64,000 bases of DNA from Eledone cirrhosa (GCA_964016885.1 OZ024743.1:18910001-18974000); one strand, 5' to 3'; shown: positions 28,607 through 42,039, numbered from the stretch's first letter. Translations and numbers: made by a program. The notes: a model not told the origin generated them from the letters alone.

Positions 28607-28865
28607 CTAGCAGCTAAGTTTAAAGCTATGGAAAGAGTGTCGGTGGTAGTGTTGGCTAATGGAAAAAACATCTGATTTTCTATTTAGGAGGTCTAGTTTA
28701 GAATAGATTATAGTGCGGGTCTCTAGAAGACAGAGGTTACATAAATTATTCGGTGGTTTATACGATGCGGGCCATCTACTACTTCCCATTGAAGTGTATA
28801 TGGTCTATTCCTAGTTTTCAGAACGTATGTAGCTAGATAAAGAAGTGGAGTTGGCTAGATTGCGA
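28607..28865 (-). mobile_element. PLE GIY-YIG C-terminal remnant
   Basis: PASYKPPNNLCNLCLLETRTIIYSKLDLLNRKSDVFSISQH matches the C.LC..E...I......LN...E....C.H end of the 57.5 kb ORF. Confidence 0.7.
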
Positions 28866-29180
28866 TTTTTGTATATTCTTAACGCATTTGCACTCTCTAT
28901 ACGCTTGCCTATGTTCTGCTAGTGTCCTGGTTTTACGAGTAACTTTCTATCTTAATGCCTCCTTATTTATTATACTATTCCCTTGTAATCTCTGTCACAT
29001 GCATTCCTCTATGTGCCTTTTTAATTTTTAATTTTTAATTTTAACTTGTGTACAATTCTCTTGTAATCTATGTCGCATCCATTCGTAAATACGAAACTGT
29101 TGTTGACAAAATTAATATCCATGTATCTCTATGATTGTTCAGTTGAATAGGAGGTTAATTATATGTACAAACATTGCTAG

Positions 29181-29228
29181 TGCTCCGATGAATCCAAACG
29201 AAAGTTTTTTATGAAACGATTGTCAGCA
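29181..29228 (+). ncRNA. Type I HHR (U4C core variant) overlapping a downstream AATAAA
   Basis: tgct CCGATGA at-cc-aaac-gaaa-gttt-ttt-at GAAAC gatt GTC agca ataaaa. Confidence 0.65.
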
Positions 29229-29621
29229 ATAAAATGTTTGAACATAGATTTGATTATTGTCTAATTTATATATATATATATGATGCTGCCCCCTCGTTAT
29301 CGAGTATTGCCATTGCACGATACACCATTATTAATAAGTATTAATGCTATCGTACAATGCCTGTGCGTAAAGATATTTTTTAAAGTGAGGAAAGACTGTG
29401 AACTGAGCCAATCCCACTCTCTGAGCGGCAGTAGCTATAACCTAAAGATAAGAAAAGATCAACAGTATCGGAGTTATTCCAGTTTCCTGAGTTGCCTTCT
29501 CCTAGAGGAATGCCCTGACAAAGGATTAACCGGGCAGAAGAATTCATAAAAGTCAATCGGCATCCAAAAGTCTGCAAATATGTATATACACATGTACCGC
29601 GCGGTTATATATATATATATA

Positions 29622-30544
29622 TATTAGAAAGTGAGTTTTTTTTTACAAATTGAACAATAATCGAGGTGTATAGTATAAGTGAAAGTATAAGGAAAAAAGA
29701 TGAAATCGAAAATGCAAGTGGAGTCTTTTTCTTTTAAAATATATATTTATTTGGTTCATTTACCGGTTTCGCAGTTCTTTTTCTTTTCAAAAGTAGAATT
29801 GAGATGGAGGCTTTGTCGTTTATCTCACATCTGGTTGGTCTTTCAATGTTACTTCTGTTTTATATTGAAAAAAGTGGCTCGAAATGCCAGGTTTCTAGAG
29901 AAGTAATTTGGTTGGTTGGTGAATAAGTATGATTCACGCCAATTCACATTACCAAGTTCTTATTATATTTGTCTTCAAAAATAGGGGGTGCTCAGGTTGT
30001 TTTTCATATATGAGTGAAGTTTGGTTGGGTGATGCAGTCACGTGAATAAGCACATCAGCTTTTGCGCCAGTTTGTGTTTGAATTTCATTTTACTTTAAAA
30101 AAAGTGGCACCCGAAGGCTTTTATTTTTCTATAATATAAGTTGATTGGTTATAAATTAAATTATGACTGTTACGCGAACAAGTAAATTAAATTTCGCACC
30201 CGTATTTTGGAATGTGTTTATAGCCATTTAGAGAATGTTGTGCCAAACAAAAGATAATGGTCAAGAAAAAGGGATGGAGAAAGTTGTCCTGAGTATGACT
30301 GATGTGCTGAAATGTAATTTGATTGGTTATAAATGAAATTATGATTGTTACGTGAACAAGTACATTAAATTTCGCGCCCGTATTTGGGAATTTATGTTGT
30401 AGCCTTTTAGAGAAGTTTGTGCCAAACAAAAGATAATGGTCAAGAAAAATGGGATGGGGAGAATTGTTCTGGTACGCTGGGGTGTCAGAATTCACACTTT
30501 CTATTGAAATAAGTAAGTAGAGATATGTACGTTTATGTGTGTGC

Positions 30545-30578
<34 letters not shown>

Positions 30579-30725
30579 GAAGATGTTTCTATTAGTATAA
30601 ATGGGGAGGGAGTTGTGTGTGTGTGTATGGGTGTGTGAGGGTATGGTTAGCATGTTAAGAAGGAGAGAATATATATATTTTGTGTGTGGGTGTGTGTGTA
30701 GAAAAATGATTCTATTAGTAGAATA
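29622..30725 (-). mobile_element. Diverged non-coding 3' region / pseudo-LTR of the PLE family at 47.3-49.4 kb
   Basis: ttagaaagtgag...gatgaaatcgaaaatgcaa... is shared with 49573-50020; the distal part mirrors 48400-49000. Confidence 0.75.
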
Positions 30726-31037
30726 TATAATACAATTTATCTTCGGCATAGCCATATACATTTCTTATATCTGAAGATATACGGTATGTTTAATAAATAA
30801 ACATTTTTGAAAGCCCAGCTGGCGGATTCCAGCTGATGCAGTGAAGGATAATGGTCCATGTGCATTTCTCGCTTCTGGATCTCACCAGGACAGTCCTTCC
30901 CCTACTCATTGATGGAACTGGAAACAGAGTAAATTATATAGATTTTTCGAGACTTAAATGTAGAATTAAAATTTAACTTTGGAATAGCTGTATACAAACA
31001 TATATATGAATTTCAATATATTATATTATACTATGTA

Positions 31038-31658
31038 CTAGCCGAATTAACTTGCTGCGTTTCACATATTTTTGGGGGGGAGAAGAACTCTGCATTTTAA
31101 TATTACTCAATGTAAAATGTAATGCATGAAAAATTGGAAAACATTATTGTTTGTAATATATCAAATCAAAATTACATTATCAAATCTTATTCTTATTTTG
31201 TTTCTTGTAAATAATTTTTTTCAAAATATTAATTCAAAACGTTTGTGAATAGACATCATATCTTGTCATTTACCTATGGTTTAAATTTCATATAAATCGA
31301 AGGGAAAACAATTTCAGTGGGGGGTTTGTACCTCCGGGGAACACTAATAGGGGGATTCACCCCCATTAGGGTGTCTTAATAATATTGCAATTCGCTGAAA
31401 TTTTGTGAATAGGCATCAAATCTTGTAGTTTACCTATGGTTTAAATTTCATATAAATTGAAGGGAAAAACGTTTCAGCGGGGGTTTGAGCCGCCGCGGAA
31501 CCCTTTGATTAAAATGAAATATACGTAAGAAATCAAATGGGCATGAGCCCCATACACGTGTCAAGTTTCATCAACATCGGTTTGGTAGTTTTTTAAGTTT
31601 TAGGTTCAGAAACAAACAAACTCACAAACAAACAAAAATTGCCTTTTATATATATAGA
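31038..31658 (-). mobile_element. Non-autonomous Helitron-like element
   Basis: Minus strand reads a|TCtatatatataaaa...(tttg)n...ggCTAG|t: 5' TC, 3' CTAG, A/T target, no TSD. Internal duplication at about 31242 and 31402. Confidence 0.65.
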
Positions 31659-32084
31659 TATATTTCCATACACGGATCAAAAGCTCTACCTAATGTTTCA
31701 AGCCACTAATTTGACAATACCTCCAAAATTCAAGAGGGTTCAATATAAAAATCATTCTCCAGGCATTTCTACGTCTGTAAGATATCGTTGAAAGTGTGTG
31801 TGTTTTATGTACGTATGTGATAGATGCAAATATATATATATAGTAATAATAATAAATGTGAAGACTAAAATCAAAAGAGGGCTCAATAGGGATAAATATA
31901 TCGTCTTCCTCACTTCTTTCGGTTGCAGCGTCTTTCGAAATATTTACTTTTGCGTTCACAAATTGACTTTTTTAGTTTCACAAGATCCCGTTAAGGGTGA
32001 AAGCAGCGATTCTTTGCTTAAACTTTATTCTGTTATTTTAATAAATATGTATATATATATATATAAAATTCACCAGGGAATATA

Positions 32085-33045
32085 ATAAAAAGGAACTACC
32101 GTTTATGGATATACTTATCATTAAGGAAGGGGAAAATATCAAAACGGACTTATTTTACAAACCAACAGACACACACCAATACTTGAATTTACGGTCAGCA
32201 CACCCATCACATACCGAAAGGAACATTCCTTTTAACATGGCAAGATTATATGAGTAAAAAAAGTTCCTTATGAGACAAGCATATCCGATGGACCTCATCA
32301 ACACAGCCATCTCCAAAGCCCAGAACATCCCAGTGGCAACACTGAGAAAAACAAACCAACAAAATAGAATGGAAAAGTCAGTTATCCCCTTTGTCATCAC
32401 TCACAATCCACGGAACTTCAACATTGTAAAAGCCGCCAAACAATATCTCCCGATTCTCCAGCAGTCCCCCAAAATGAATGCACTCATAAAAAACGCAAAA
32501 ATTATATATTGTATACGCCAAGCACCCAACCTAAAGAAACTGCTTACCAAGTCAAAATTTACGTCTAATAATTGTTTCTACTTTAGGCACAAGGCCAGCA
32601 AATACCTAGTATATTACTGGTACTTTTACTTCTAATAATGAAGCAATGCCAGTTAAGAAATGCGGGGACCCTCGATGCGGAACTTGCGAACTCATTGAAG
32701 AGGGTGGACAAATCTCCTTTAAAAACCAACCAGTCCTTCACAGTTAATGCAAACATGAATTGCAAGTCAAAAAACTTGATCTTCTGTGCAACCTGCCCAC
32801 AATGTAAAGAATACTACAATGGTGAAACCGGAACGGGTCTACATGACAGAGTTCGAGTACATAAACAACAAATTAGAGACCCCTCTGCCAGAAACACCAC
32901 ATGAAGTGAACACTTCGCAACATGCGGACAGGGAAATTTCACAATTTTCCCCTTCTTTAAGATATGGTCGGACAACGAACTCTTCCGAAAATATAAAGAA
33001 GAATTCTTTATTAGAAAATACAAACCATTACTGAACACAAAAAAG
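32085..33045 (+). mobile_element. PLE ORF remnant (late RT/thumb, Cys linker, GIY-YIG), Neptune-like (tentative)
   Basis: ELPFMDILI...TDLFYKPTDTHQYLNLRSAHP; VITHNPRN; KKCGDPRCGTC; CKSKNLIFCATCPQCKEYYNGETGTGLHDRVRVHKQQIR. Confidence 0.9.
32573..32630 (-). mobile_element. 58-bp SINE tail inserted in the PLE ORF, 9-bp TSD
   Basis: tctaataat at 32564-32572 and 32631-32639; removing the insert and one TSD copy restores KSKFTSNNEAMPVKKCGDPRC. Confidence 0.8.
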
Positions 33046-33453
33046 TGGTATTCCATTTTAAACCAACGGGATTCCACCTCTTCGTTCTTTTAAAAAAATC
33101 TGTTTGAAAAGGTAAAGTAGTTAATGACACCCGTACTTTCAAACATTCGATCGCTGAAGAGAAGAAAAACCTCACAGGTACAATACCATTTCATTAATTT
33201 CCCCTTCCGCACATCAACAATGTATATATGAACTTAAACACTTGAGTGGATGTGTGTATAGATATATGTATGTATAGATGTGTTATTTTTATATATGTGC
33301 CTGTAGGTATGCAGATATATGTGTACATGTTTATGTGTATGTGTGCATGTGTTGTATGTATATTTATATATGTACGTATGTGTGAGATAGATATGTGTAT
33401 GCGTATATATATGTGTATGAATATATGTATGTATGGATATGTGTATAATATAT

Positions 33454-33503
<50 letters not shown>

Positions 33504-33564
33504 GTATATATATGAGAGACGTAAAATAAGAAAATTATAAAATTAACTTACTTACTAAAAAATC

Positions 33565-33647
33565 ACTTCCAACTAATTAGTTTCTGGAATGGAGTAAATA
33601 TATTTTCCGAAGAAACATATAGAAAATCATTCCGTCATCAGGAAAGT
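33565..33647 (-). ncRNA. Type I HHR with extended helix II
   Basis: actttc CTGATGA c ggaatg..tatat-g-tttc-TTCG-gaaa-atata..cattcc a GAAA ctaattag TT ggaagt. Confidence 0.85.
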
Positions 33648-34090
33648 CTTTATCCGTGTAAGTCTCCAGGCATAGCGAGGACTCTGGAAACTTATTAAAA
33701 AAAATAATTCTATGGAAAGGAAATAGCGAAGCGTGGACTGGATTCCTAGCCATTGAGAAATTCGCTGCCTCTACGTCTGTGGCAAATTCAAAAAGAATCA
33801 AACACGTGACATCGAGGTCAATCAGTGGAAAGCGAGTGGTTAATAAGACAGCGGCCAGCCTACCACCATAGTAGCAGTCATGGCCAAATATTGCTCGACA
33901 AATGAATTGGAGATAATTATAAAGAATTTATGTCTAGTAACATTTATATACACACAGATGCATATCAATGCTAGCAAATATATAGGTTTTGTCTTATTAA
34001 CATTGTGGTTCAATGCATGGGGTTGCAGAACAATAATATGAGAGACGTAAAATAAGAAAATTATAAAATTAACTTACTTACTAAAAAATC

Positions 34091-34173
34091 ACTTCCAACT
34101 AATTAGTTTCTGGAATGGAGTAAATATATTTTCCGAAGAAACATATCGAAAATCATTCTGTCATCAGGAAAGT
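34091..34173 (-). ncRNA. Type I HHR, second tandem copy
   Basis: Same motif 526 bp away, with intact CTGATGA/GAAAC/GTT. Confidence 0.82.
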
Positions 34174-34479
34174 CTTTTTCAGTGTAAGTCTCCAGGCATA
34201 GCGAGGACTCTGGAAACTTATTAAAAAAATATAATTCAGTGGAAAGGAAATAGCGAAGCGTGGACTGGATTCCTAGCCATTGAGAAATTCGCTACCTCTA
34301 CGTCTGTGGCAAATTCAAAAAGAATCAATCACGTGACATAGAGGTCAATCAGTGGAAAGCGAGTGGTTAATAAGACAGCGGCCAGCCTACCACCATAGTA
34401 GCAGTCATGGCCAAATATTGCTCGACAAATGAATTGGCGATAAAGTCCTCGCTATGCCTGGAGACTTACACGGAAAAAG

Positions 34480-34562
34480 ACTTTCTTGATGACGGAATGA
34501 TTTTCTATATGTTTCTTCGGAATATATATTTACTCCATTCCAGAAACTAATTAGTTGGAAGT
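34480..34562 (+). ncRNA. Type I HHR, inverted copy with C3U
   Basis: actttc TTGATGA cggaatg...cattcca GAAAC taatta GTT ggaagt. Confidence 0.7.
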
Positions 34563-34632
34563 GATTTTTTAGTAAGTAATTTAATTATATAATTTTCTTA
34601 TTTTACGTCTCTCATATTTTTGTTCTGCAACC

Positions 34633-35155
34633 CAAACAAATAACACTGACCTAAGAGAAGTATAAATAAGTAAATAAAATAAAATAAAATAAGATAAATA
34701 AATACATACACAAGCACAATAACAACAAGCACATAAACACGCACTAGTCACCCAGCAGACACAACACTATACACACTAGTCACACAGCACACATAACACT
34801 ATACACACACGCAAACGCATGCGCGAAGGAGACAAAATAAAATAAGATAAACAAACAAGCAAATCAATAAATAAATATATAGACAGACTGAATAAAAAAT
34901 GGCGTAGTCATACAACACAACAGGAGGAACAATGACGATGTTGCAGATGTGCAACGAAAGATTTATGTAAATTATGTAAACTATATATATGTGTTTGTGT
35001 CTATATTGAATCTGTATTATTTGGCAACATTGGGGACCGAGTAAGTTAGATCGCAGATATAAAGAAAGCGAGAAGCGAAAACCAACCAAACAGTGAGTGT
35101 GTTCTGATATTAATTCTGGCAATATTACGCAAATATGACCCTCCCCAAATATAAC
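34633..35155 (+). mobile_element. Solo pseudo-LTR of the 20.4-23.0 kb PLE family (more diverged copy at 41155-41390, -)
   Basis: Collinear with about 22430-22955 and ends in (TA)n. Confidence 0.8.
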
Positions 35156-35164
35156 TATATATAT

Positions 35165-35262
<98 letters not shown>

Positions 35263-36045
35263 CGTATGTATATATATGTGTATATGTGTGTGTGTATATG
35301 TATGTGCGTATGTGTGTATTAAATATATATGTGTGTATATGGGAGATATATATGTATGCGTATATGTGTGTATATATGTAAGAGATATATATAATATGTA
35401 TGTAGGATATGTATAGTGTATATATAGGATGTATATGATATATGTGTGGGATAACTGTGTGGTATATATATAGGATATATAGGGTGTGTATATAACATGT
35501 GTGTATGGTATATGTGTACAAAATGTATGTGTGAGTATATGTGGTGTATATATATATATATGCATATATGTATGTGTTTGGAATATATGTGTATGTATGT
35601 ATGGGATGTATATATACGTATATATGTATTCGCATGTATGTGTGGGTGTATGTATATATGTATATGTATGTATATATATATATGTATATGTATATGCATA
35701 TATGTAAATATAAAACATATATGTGTATGTATATGAGTTACGTATATATATATGTGTGTGTATATGTGTATGTACAGTATATGTATAGTATAATATATAT
35801 ATATATGTTTAGGGTGTATGGGTATGTATGTATAGAGTATATATATATATGTGTGTGTGTGTATGTGTGTAATATGTCTATACATATATATCTGTGTATG
35901 TCTATATATCGGTGTATATGTATGTGTGTTTATATGTGTAGGTATCTGTACGTATATTTGTGTGTATATATAAGTATATGTATATTACCTTGATCACCTT
36001 CACCGACCAGTCTGTCGCACGCAAGCCCAATGCTCTAACCACTAA

Positions 36046-36094
<49 letters not shown>

Positions 36095-36167
36095 ATATAT
36101 ATGTGTATGTGTGTGTGTGTGTATGGGTGTGTATGCGTATGTATGTGTGTGTATATACATGTATATG
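35155..36167. repeat. (TA)n/(TG)n low-complexity block
   Basis: Direct inspection. Confidence 0.95.
36018..36049 (-). mobile_element. tRNA-derived SINE head remnant (Pol III A box)
   Basis: TGGCTTAGTGGTTAGAGCATTGGGCTT; no B box or cloverleaf. Confidence 0.4.
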
Positions 36168-36369
36168 TTAGAAAATATATAGCTTTCACTGTATTTTTAA
36201 ATAAAGGAATTTTAGCTTGATAACGGGGTTTACAACCCTCAGATAAATGGAAAAAGATGAGTATTGACGACAATACTCATCTTTTTCCATTTATCTGAGG
36301 GTTCTAAACCCCGTTATCAAGCTAAAATTCTTTTAGTTAAAAATACAGTAAAAGCTATATATTTTCTAA
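36168..36369. repeat. Palindrome, ~99-bp arms, 4-nt loop
   Basis: ...gatgagtattg-acga-caatactcatc...; near-perfect arms. Confidence 0.9.
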
Positions 36370-37318
36370 TTTCAAACTCGCTCACTGTTTCAAAACATAC
36401 TTACTTGATATATATATATGTATTTATATATATGTCTTGATGTGTGTTTGTATGGTGCATATATGGATTGTAGATACATTTACATATATGGATGTGTATA
36501 TGTGAGCCAGCATGCCCCCCCCCCCCGCACTTACTCTACCAGACCAATATCAACAACACATCTTATACAAATGTTCCCAAACTATCCCTCTTTTCTCTTT
36601 TTCCTGTCATCCCATTCCTATCAAAAGACATGTATCTTACACCTCATTAAAACCCAGAGAAGCCCCTAAATTCATCTTTGATATAGAAATCTGTAGAAGA
36701 TAGTCTTTATAGATTTGGAAGAGAAGAGATGATTCAGCTATACCAGTATAAACTCATCAAAGGTCAACTAATGAAATTAAACCAGCAGGAGACTACCTTC
36801 TCAAACACCCTTATCTTACAACCTCAACATGTTCTGAGTGTATATGTATGTGTGTGTGTATGTGTGTGTGTATGTATGTATACTTTAATTCCTCAGGACC
36901 TTCATCATCATCAACACTCATTGACACCGCACGCCACAACCCAGACACATCCACATCTCCCTTATATAGTCACACATTCGAACACAACCTAATCGCAGTT
37001 TGATAGTCTCCACAGACAGACGTTGCGAGAAAGTTCTCCAACCCTAGTTAAGCAGGAATCTCTAAAATTCTTCCCACCGAAGTTAACAAAGAACTTACTG
37101 GATCTACCAACTCATACTATTATAATATTATATTATAACATTAAATCATAACATTTTTTAACACTACAAGTGAAGCCCTTCATTTCCTTTTTTTCAAATA
37201 TACGTAACTGTACCAAGGATCTCACACATTTTCCAATATATATATATATATATAAATATTTGCATACATACACACACTAACACACACACACACACACACA
37301 CACACAGATATACATATA

Positions 37319-37355
<37 letters not shown>

Positions 37356-37769
37356 TGGCTGCCTGTGTACGCGGGTGTTGATTTTTTTTCTTAATTTGTT
37401 TCCGTTCCTTTCACATCTAATTTTATCTGTCTATTTCAACTTTACACTTAAAATAAGAAAAATGACGATAATAAAATACCTGCATAGTTGACAGATTTGA
37501 GGGAGTAAACAAATGAAATTATGTTAAACAAAATGTAGCAGACGAGATCAGCTGTACCATTAATGACTTGTTTTGTCACAGGCCGGTCGGTGTTACTAAA
37601 AATTAGTTCCGTAAGAATATATAAACCAAAATCGCTCTCAATAAATAAGCTGATATAGAATATTTATTTAAATACATACAGTAAGAGAGCGGTATAGTCA
37701 ATAGAAACATATGTATAAACAAATGACTGCCAATATTATCCAAAGGGAAAAGGCCGGGTGCAGCGGTCT

Positions 37770-38050
37770 TGGATCTGCACCCCGCGAACAAGGCCGCAAG
37801 AGCAATTTCGCGGACTTTGTCAAGCGTCACCCGCTGCAAAAGCCACCTCATCTCGTGGGGTTTCTTCATCAGACGAGAAGCTGACTTTCCGATCTACGGA
37901 AGACCGCGTTTGTAACGGCTCCGAGATGCCAGAGATCTTGACAGAGACAAGTGCAAAGAAGTGGCGGCCGGTCAATCTCCGGTATCTTTTTGTCTTCCTT
38001 TACTCTACATTACCGATGGTGGTAATGGGGTTTATGGCCGAAGTACTTAA
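37770..38050 (-). mobile_element. Second CRE/R2-group restriction-like endonuclease C-terminal remnant
   Basis: VE*RKTKRYRRLTGRHFFALVSVKISG...PHEMRWLLQRVTLDKVREIALAALFAG. Confidence 0.55.
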
Positions 38051-38079
38051 GCTGGAGGTGGAGAAATATGTCACTATAT

Positions 38080-38720
38080 GCGGTGAGCTTATATATGTTA
38101 TCCAACCATCTTGCACGGTGTATACCCTTAGGACTCCTTCCGGTTCCGTTTGGTCGTAAAATCTATCCTTCGATTCTTTCCTGAGACATTCTAAACCGTA
38201 TGCCCAATGTATCGGATATGTGATCTCTCAATTTATAAAAGTAGCGTTTCTAACTGTAGGGACTTTGGTCTCCGAGCTATGCAATCTGTCAAGTAACGTT
38301 ACTCTGACAACTTTCAGAGGAATCCATTTCAACCGCTTATATTTGCGATTGTATACTTTCGGTCATTATACAAGATTCATGACCATACCTAAGTGTTGGC
38401 ACGAATATTGAATTGAAGATAACGAGTGCATCTTTTACGCCTACCTCCATTCTTCTGATAAGTGAAAGCTAAACTACCGCATTACTGCACATGATTCTGG
38501 AATGTTTGCACTTTATTCAGTCTCCTGCATTCCATCACTTATGGACACGTTCCTAAGATACTAGAACCGCTCGGCTTGCTTCAGTGAACCACCATGTTCG
38601 TCTGGTCTGCATATAGCAGGATTCCTTAAAAGGGAGAGTGTTTCAGTTTTCGCAACGCTAATTTCCATCCAGCCATCAGACCATTGTATCAATCCTCCCG
38701 AGTGCAAATGGTTTTCAAGC
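38080..38720 (-). mobile_element. Old RTE-clade LINE remnant
   Basis: IFVPTLRYGHESCIMTE...VRVTLLDRLHSSE...LETLLL*IERSHIRYIGH...GRSPKG. Confidence 0.7.
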
Positions 38721-40401
38721 TGGGAGGCATGTTTTATTATTTTGTCAGGATGTTGAATGTAGTTTGGTTGATCGGGTAACTGCTTTTAAACTGTCTATCG
38801 GACATTGCGGCATAAGTCCAGGTTTCAGTTTGGTGGAAGTAACCATTTACTTTTCATGGGGTATATAAACCAATGGGAGTGTACCTGTTTCTGTCACTTT
38901 TCTAACTAATTATATGTGTATGTGTGCGCGTGCGAGTGTTTAAACACGCACATATACGCACACATACACACCCACCCACACAGGAACCGGCGTTGCAAGG
39001 AAACGTGAAATAGCAACTCGCATATGCAAACATTGAGGAATATAGTTGTGTATTTTTGGAATTCCCTTATTCTCAGGGAATAATTGTTCATCTACTGGAA
39101 ACATAGAACACCAGCAGGCTGAATATAGTAGTAGCAGTGTCAGTGGGCTGATTGAGGAAATACTGTATGCGAAAGAAGTAAGTGTTGTGGGTTGATGTAT
39201 GTCGTAAGTTTGTTCACGAATTACGTCACGGATGGGGAACACAAGTCAATCTGAAGGAGCAACGTAGTCAATTGTGTGAAAACCAAGTAGGGATGTACGT
39301 TTCAGTAGGGATATTGAGATGACGAAATCAGCGTGGCAACGCAGCTGCAGCAGAAGGAGGTCATAGTGCAATTAGAACAAACGCTGGGTGGCACTGGTTG
39401 CACTGCGTTTACACAGCAACAAAGGTGCAACAAAAGAGGTCAGCGCAGAATTAGGACAACCGCTGTTCGGCGTACTTGCGCAGGGCGTTCATACTGCGGT
39501 GTAGGTGCAACAAAAGGGGTCTTAGTAGACGTAGCACAGACGTGAGTTTCACGGTGTCAATAACACGCGAACGTACACAGGGCCCGGATTTGCGCGTGAT
39601 GAAAGCATGAAGCGTCCACAGGGCACCGACAAAAAATTAAGGTCCTCCTCATTTCCCAATCCCCCGAAAATGGTCCTGCTTAAAAATAAGTAAGTGTCGT
39701 GTCCTCTGTGTTATATAGAGAGAGATATATAATACATCTATGAAATAATTAGACTTGGATTATCATTACGACATTTAATAGATGTAATAGCATATAACTA
39801 GACTAACCAGGAGTGAAAGAAATTAACTATTGGCAGAATAGCTCTCCAAAGACCAATTAAATTCAAATAATTTACTATACATGTTTCAATATAACAGCTG
39901 CAGAAATGTTCCGATTTTACAAAAAGAATTTGTAAATAATGCATTTAAAAATGTATTAGAGAAAACGGTAAAATTATGGAAGCCTAAAATAGTAACTTAT
40001 ATTTATAAATTATACAATATTTACTTTCAGTAATTATAACTATTTCTCAAACTACAATATACTTTACAAAATAAATAGCATTCACTAACTATAGTATCAG
40101 TTTTATGAACGAGAATTAAACGGCATATTATCACTTCAAATGTGAAGTTGTAAAATAATTATTATTAAAATGTATCAAATAAAGTATAAGAGGTTAGTTT
40201 GCAAAGAAGAACAATTGAATATATCAATAATTAAATATAGATGTTCACTAACTTAAGAATTTGCATTTCTTAAATTATATATGTTGAAAGAAGTCAATCT
40301 ATTTTTTAATAGACAGCTGAAAATGTAACTTATTTGGGATATAATTACATGACAAATAAATACAGAAAAAATAATGTTAATGCACACACACACACAAACA
40401 G

Positions 40402-40433
<32 letters not shown>

Positions 40434-40600
40434 ACATACACACACACACAAACACAAACGCACAAACCCTCACATACATATTACTGGCAATCCGTCGTTT
40501 ACAAAGATTCGCGTTCACCTATCGTCGTTCTGGGAAAGATTCAGCGATTCACAGAATCCGACATGTCTTACCCTTCGAATTACAAGTATAATACATTTTA

Positions 40601-40641
40601 GAGACCTGAGTGAACTGGATCATGGTGAAATATATTGTCTC
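40601..40641 (+). ncRNA. HHR-like motif with a one-nucleotide core insertion
   Basis: gagac CTGAGTGA actg-gatca-tggt GAAA tata TT gtctc. Confidence 0.5.
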
Positions 40642-41120
40642 ACCCAAGGCCACAATTTCCGCCGAATATCGAAATTACGTCCTTACGATTTTGCGCCGAA
40701 TACCCTAACCGCAAAGTCTCGCACATTCATATATATATATATATATATATATATACATGCACATATGCTTACACCCCCACCGGCACACACAAACACATAC
40801 ATACACCCAATTCACAGTTACACACACTTATAACAACGTTTTTCTGTGTTAGTCTGGGATCTTGTTTAGCAAAATCACATGTAGTTTATTGAAAACATCT
40901 ACATTCACAACATGTACAACTGACAGATTTGTTTGCAGCTTAAATGCGGGGAATTTAACCCCAACTCCTCTATTTCTGTGAATGTGTCTTATTCTATTAG
41001 TGAAGGATTGAAAATTGAGCATGACTGATTGTGGCCCTGTTCGACGATTTGTCCCACTCTCAATGCCAATTTTAGTGTTAGGCCTACCAGGACTTTCCAT
41101 ATATGTCTTAATGCATATTT

Positions 41121-41159
<39 letters not shown>

Positions 41160-42039
41160 ATACTTGGGGAATTGTATTGTTAAAATATTGCCAGAAATAA
41201 TAACAGAATACACTCACTGTTTGGTTGGGTTGGTTTTCGCTTCTGCATATTTTATATCTCCATGGTTAATTAATCCGGCAATTAATGTGTATCATTGATT
41301 GCCCCACGGTTAAAAATACACATATAAATATATATATATATATGTAGTATTTCAAAGTTCTTTCGTCACCCATCTCCAACATCATCACAATATCGCTATC
41401 TAAACTATAATAAAGTAAGGAGTGAGGGACTGCGTACGATTTATAATTTTTTATCCCATTAGTAAAATAAGTTGGATTAATTTGAATAAATAATTAATGA
41501 ATATTACATAACTTATCTACTCAATTTCATAGCTGTTGATTATATATATTTTATTTTTTATTTAAAGATTCACTTCTTAATAATTTTCAAATGTCAACAC
41601 TTCCGGTTAGCGATCACTTAATAAACATTCATATATTTCCGTCACTATTATTCTCCTAATGCAGTTGATATATAATACCGTGTTTTTTAATGTATCACGG
41701 ATTACGTTACTAATTACATAACAAAGTGTAACGCAGTCTTCGTTCAATCCCTGTGGATATTGTCAATTACGACTTTATTTGATGTATCATATCTACATGC
41801 ATGTATAATTGCGTATAATATCAATATGCACACTACACATGCTAGCAGAAAACCATCCTTGCTCTCTCTTCCTCTCTCTTCCTCTCTCTTCCTCTCTCTC
41901 CCTCTCTCTATCTCCCTCCCTCTTCCTCTACCAACTCTCTCTATCTCTATCTCTCTCTCTCTATATATATATATATAATATATATCTAGGGCGGGCAAAA
42001 TTCCCGAGATGCATGGACGAGTTCTCTCCAGGGGTCTCT

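Larger units (their letters stand above)
33511..34633 (-). mobile_element. ORF-less HHR tandem repeat (526-bp unit, ~1.8 copies) plus an inverted 5' copy; retrozyme-like
   Basis: 33511-34036 is repeated from 34037 to about 34443; 34444-34633 is inverted. One HHR per unit. Confidence 0.85.

Noticed and set aside
35985-36050. tRNA gene
   Set aside because: Only an A-box/D-arm-like segment is present, with no T arm or acceptor stem; treated as a SINE head.
37845-37880. Minus-strand ctcgt CTGATGA aGAAAcccc acgag
   Set aside because: No helix II, helix III or NUH triplet; it lies in the CRE-like coding remnant.
41030-41100. Minus-strand gcctaacact resembling a twister ribozyme 5' end
   Set aside because: The rest of the twister consensus and its pseudoknots are absent.
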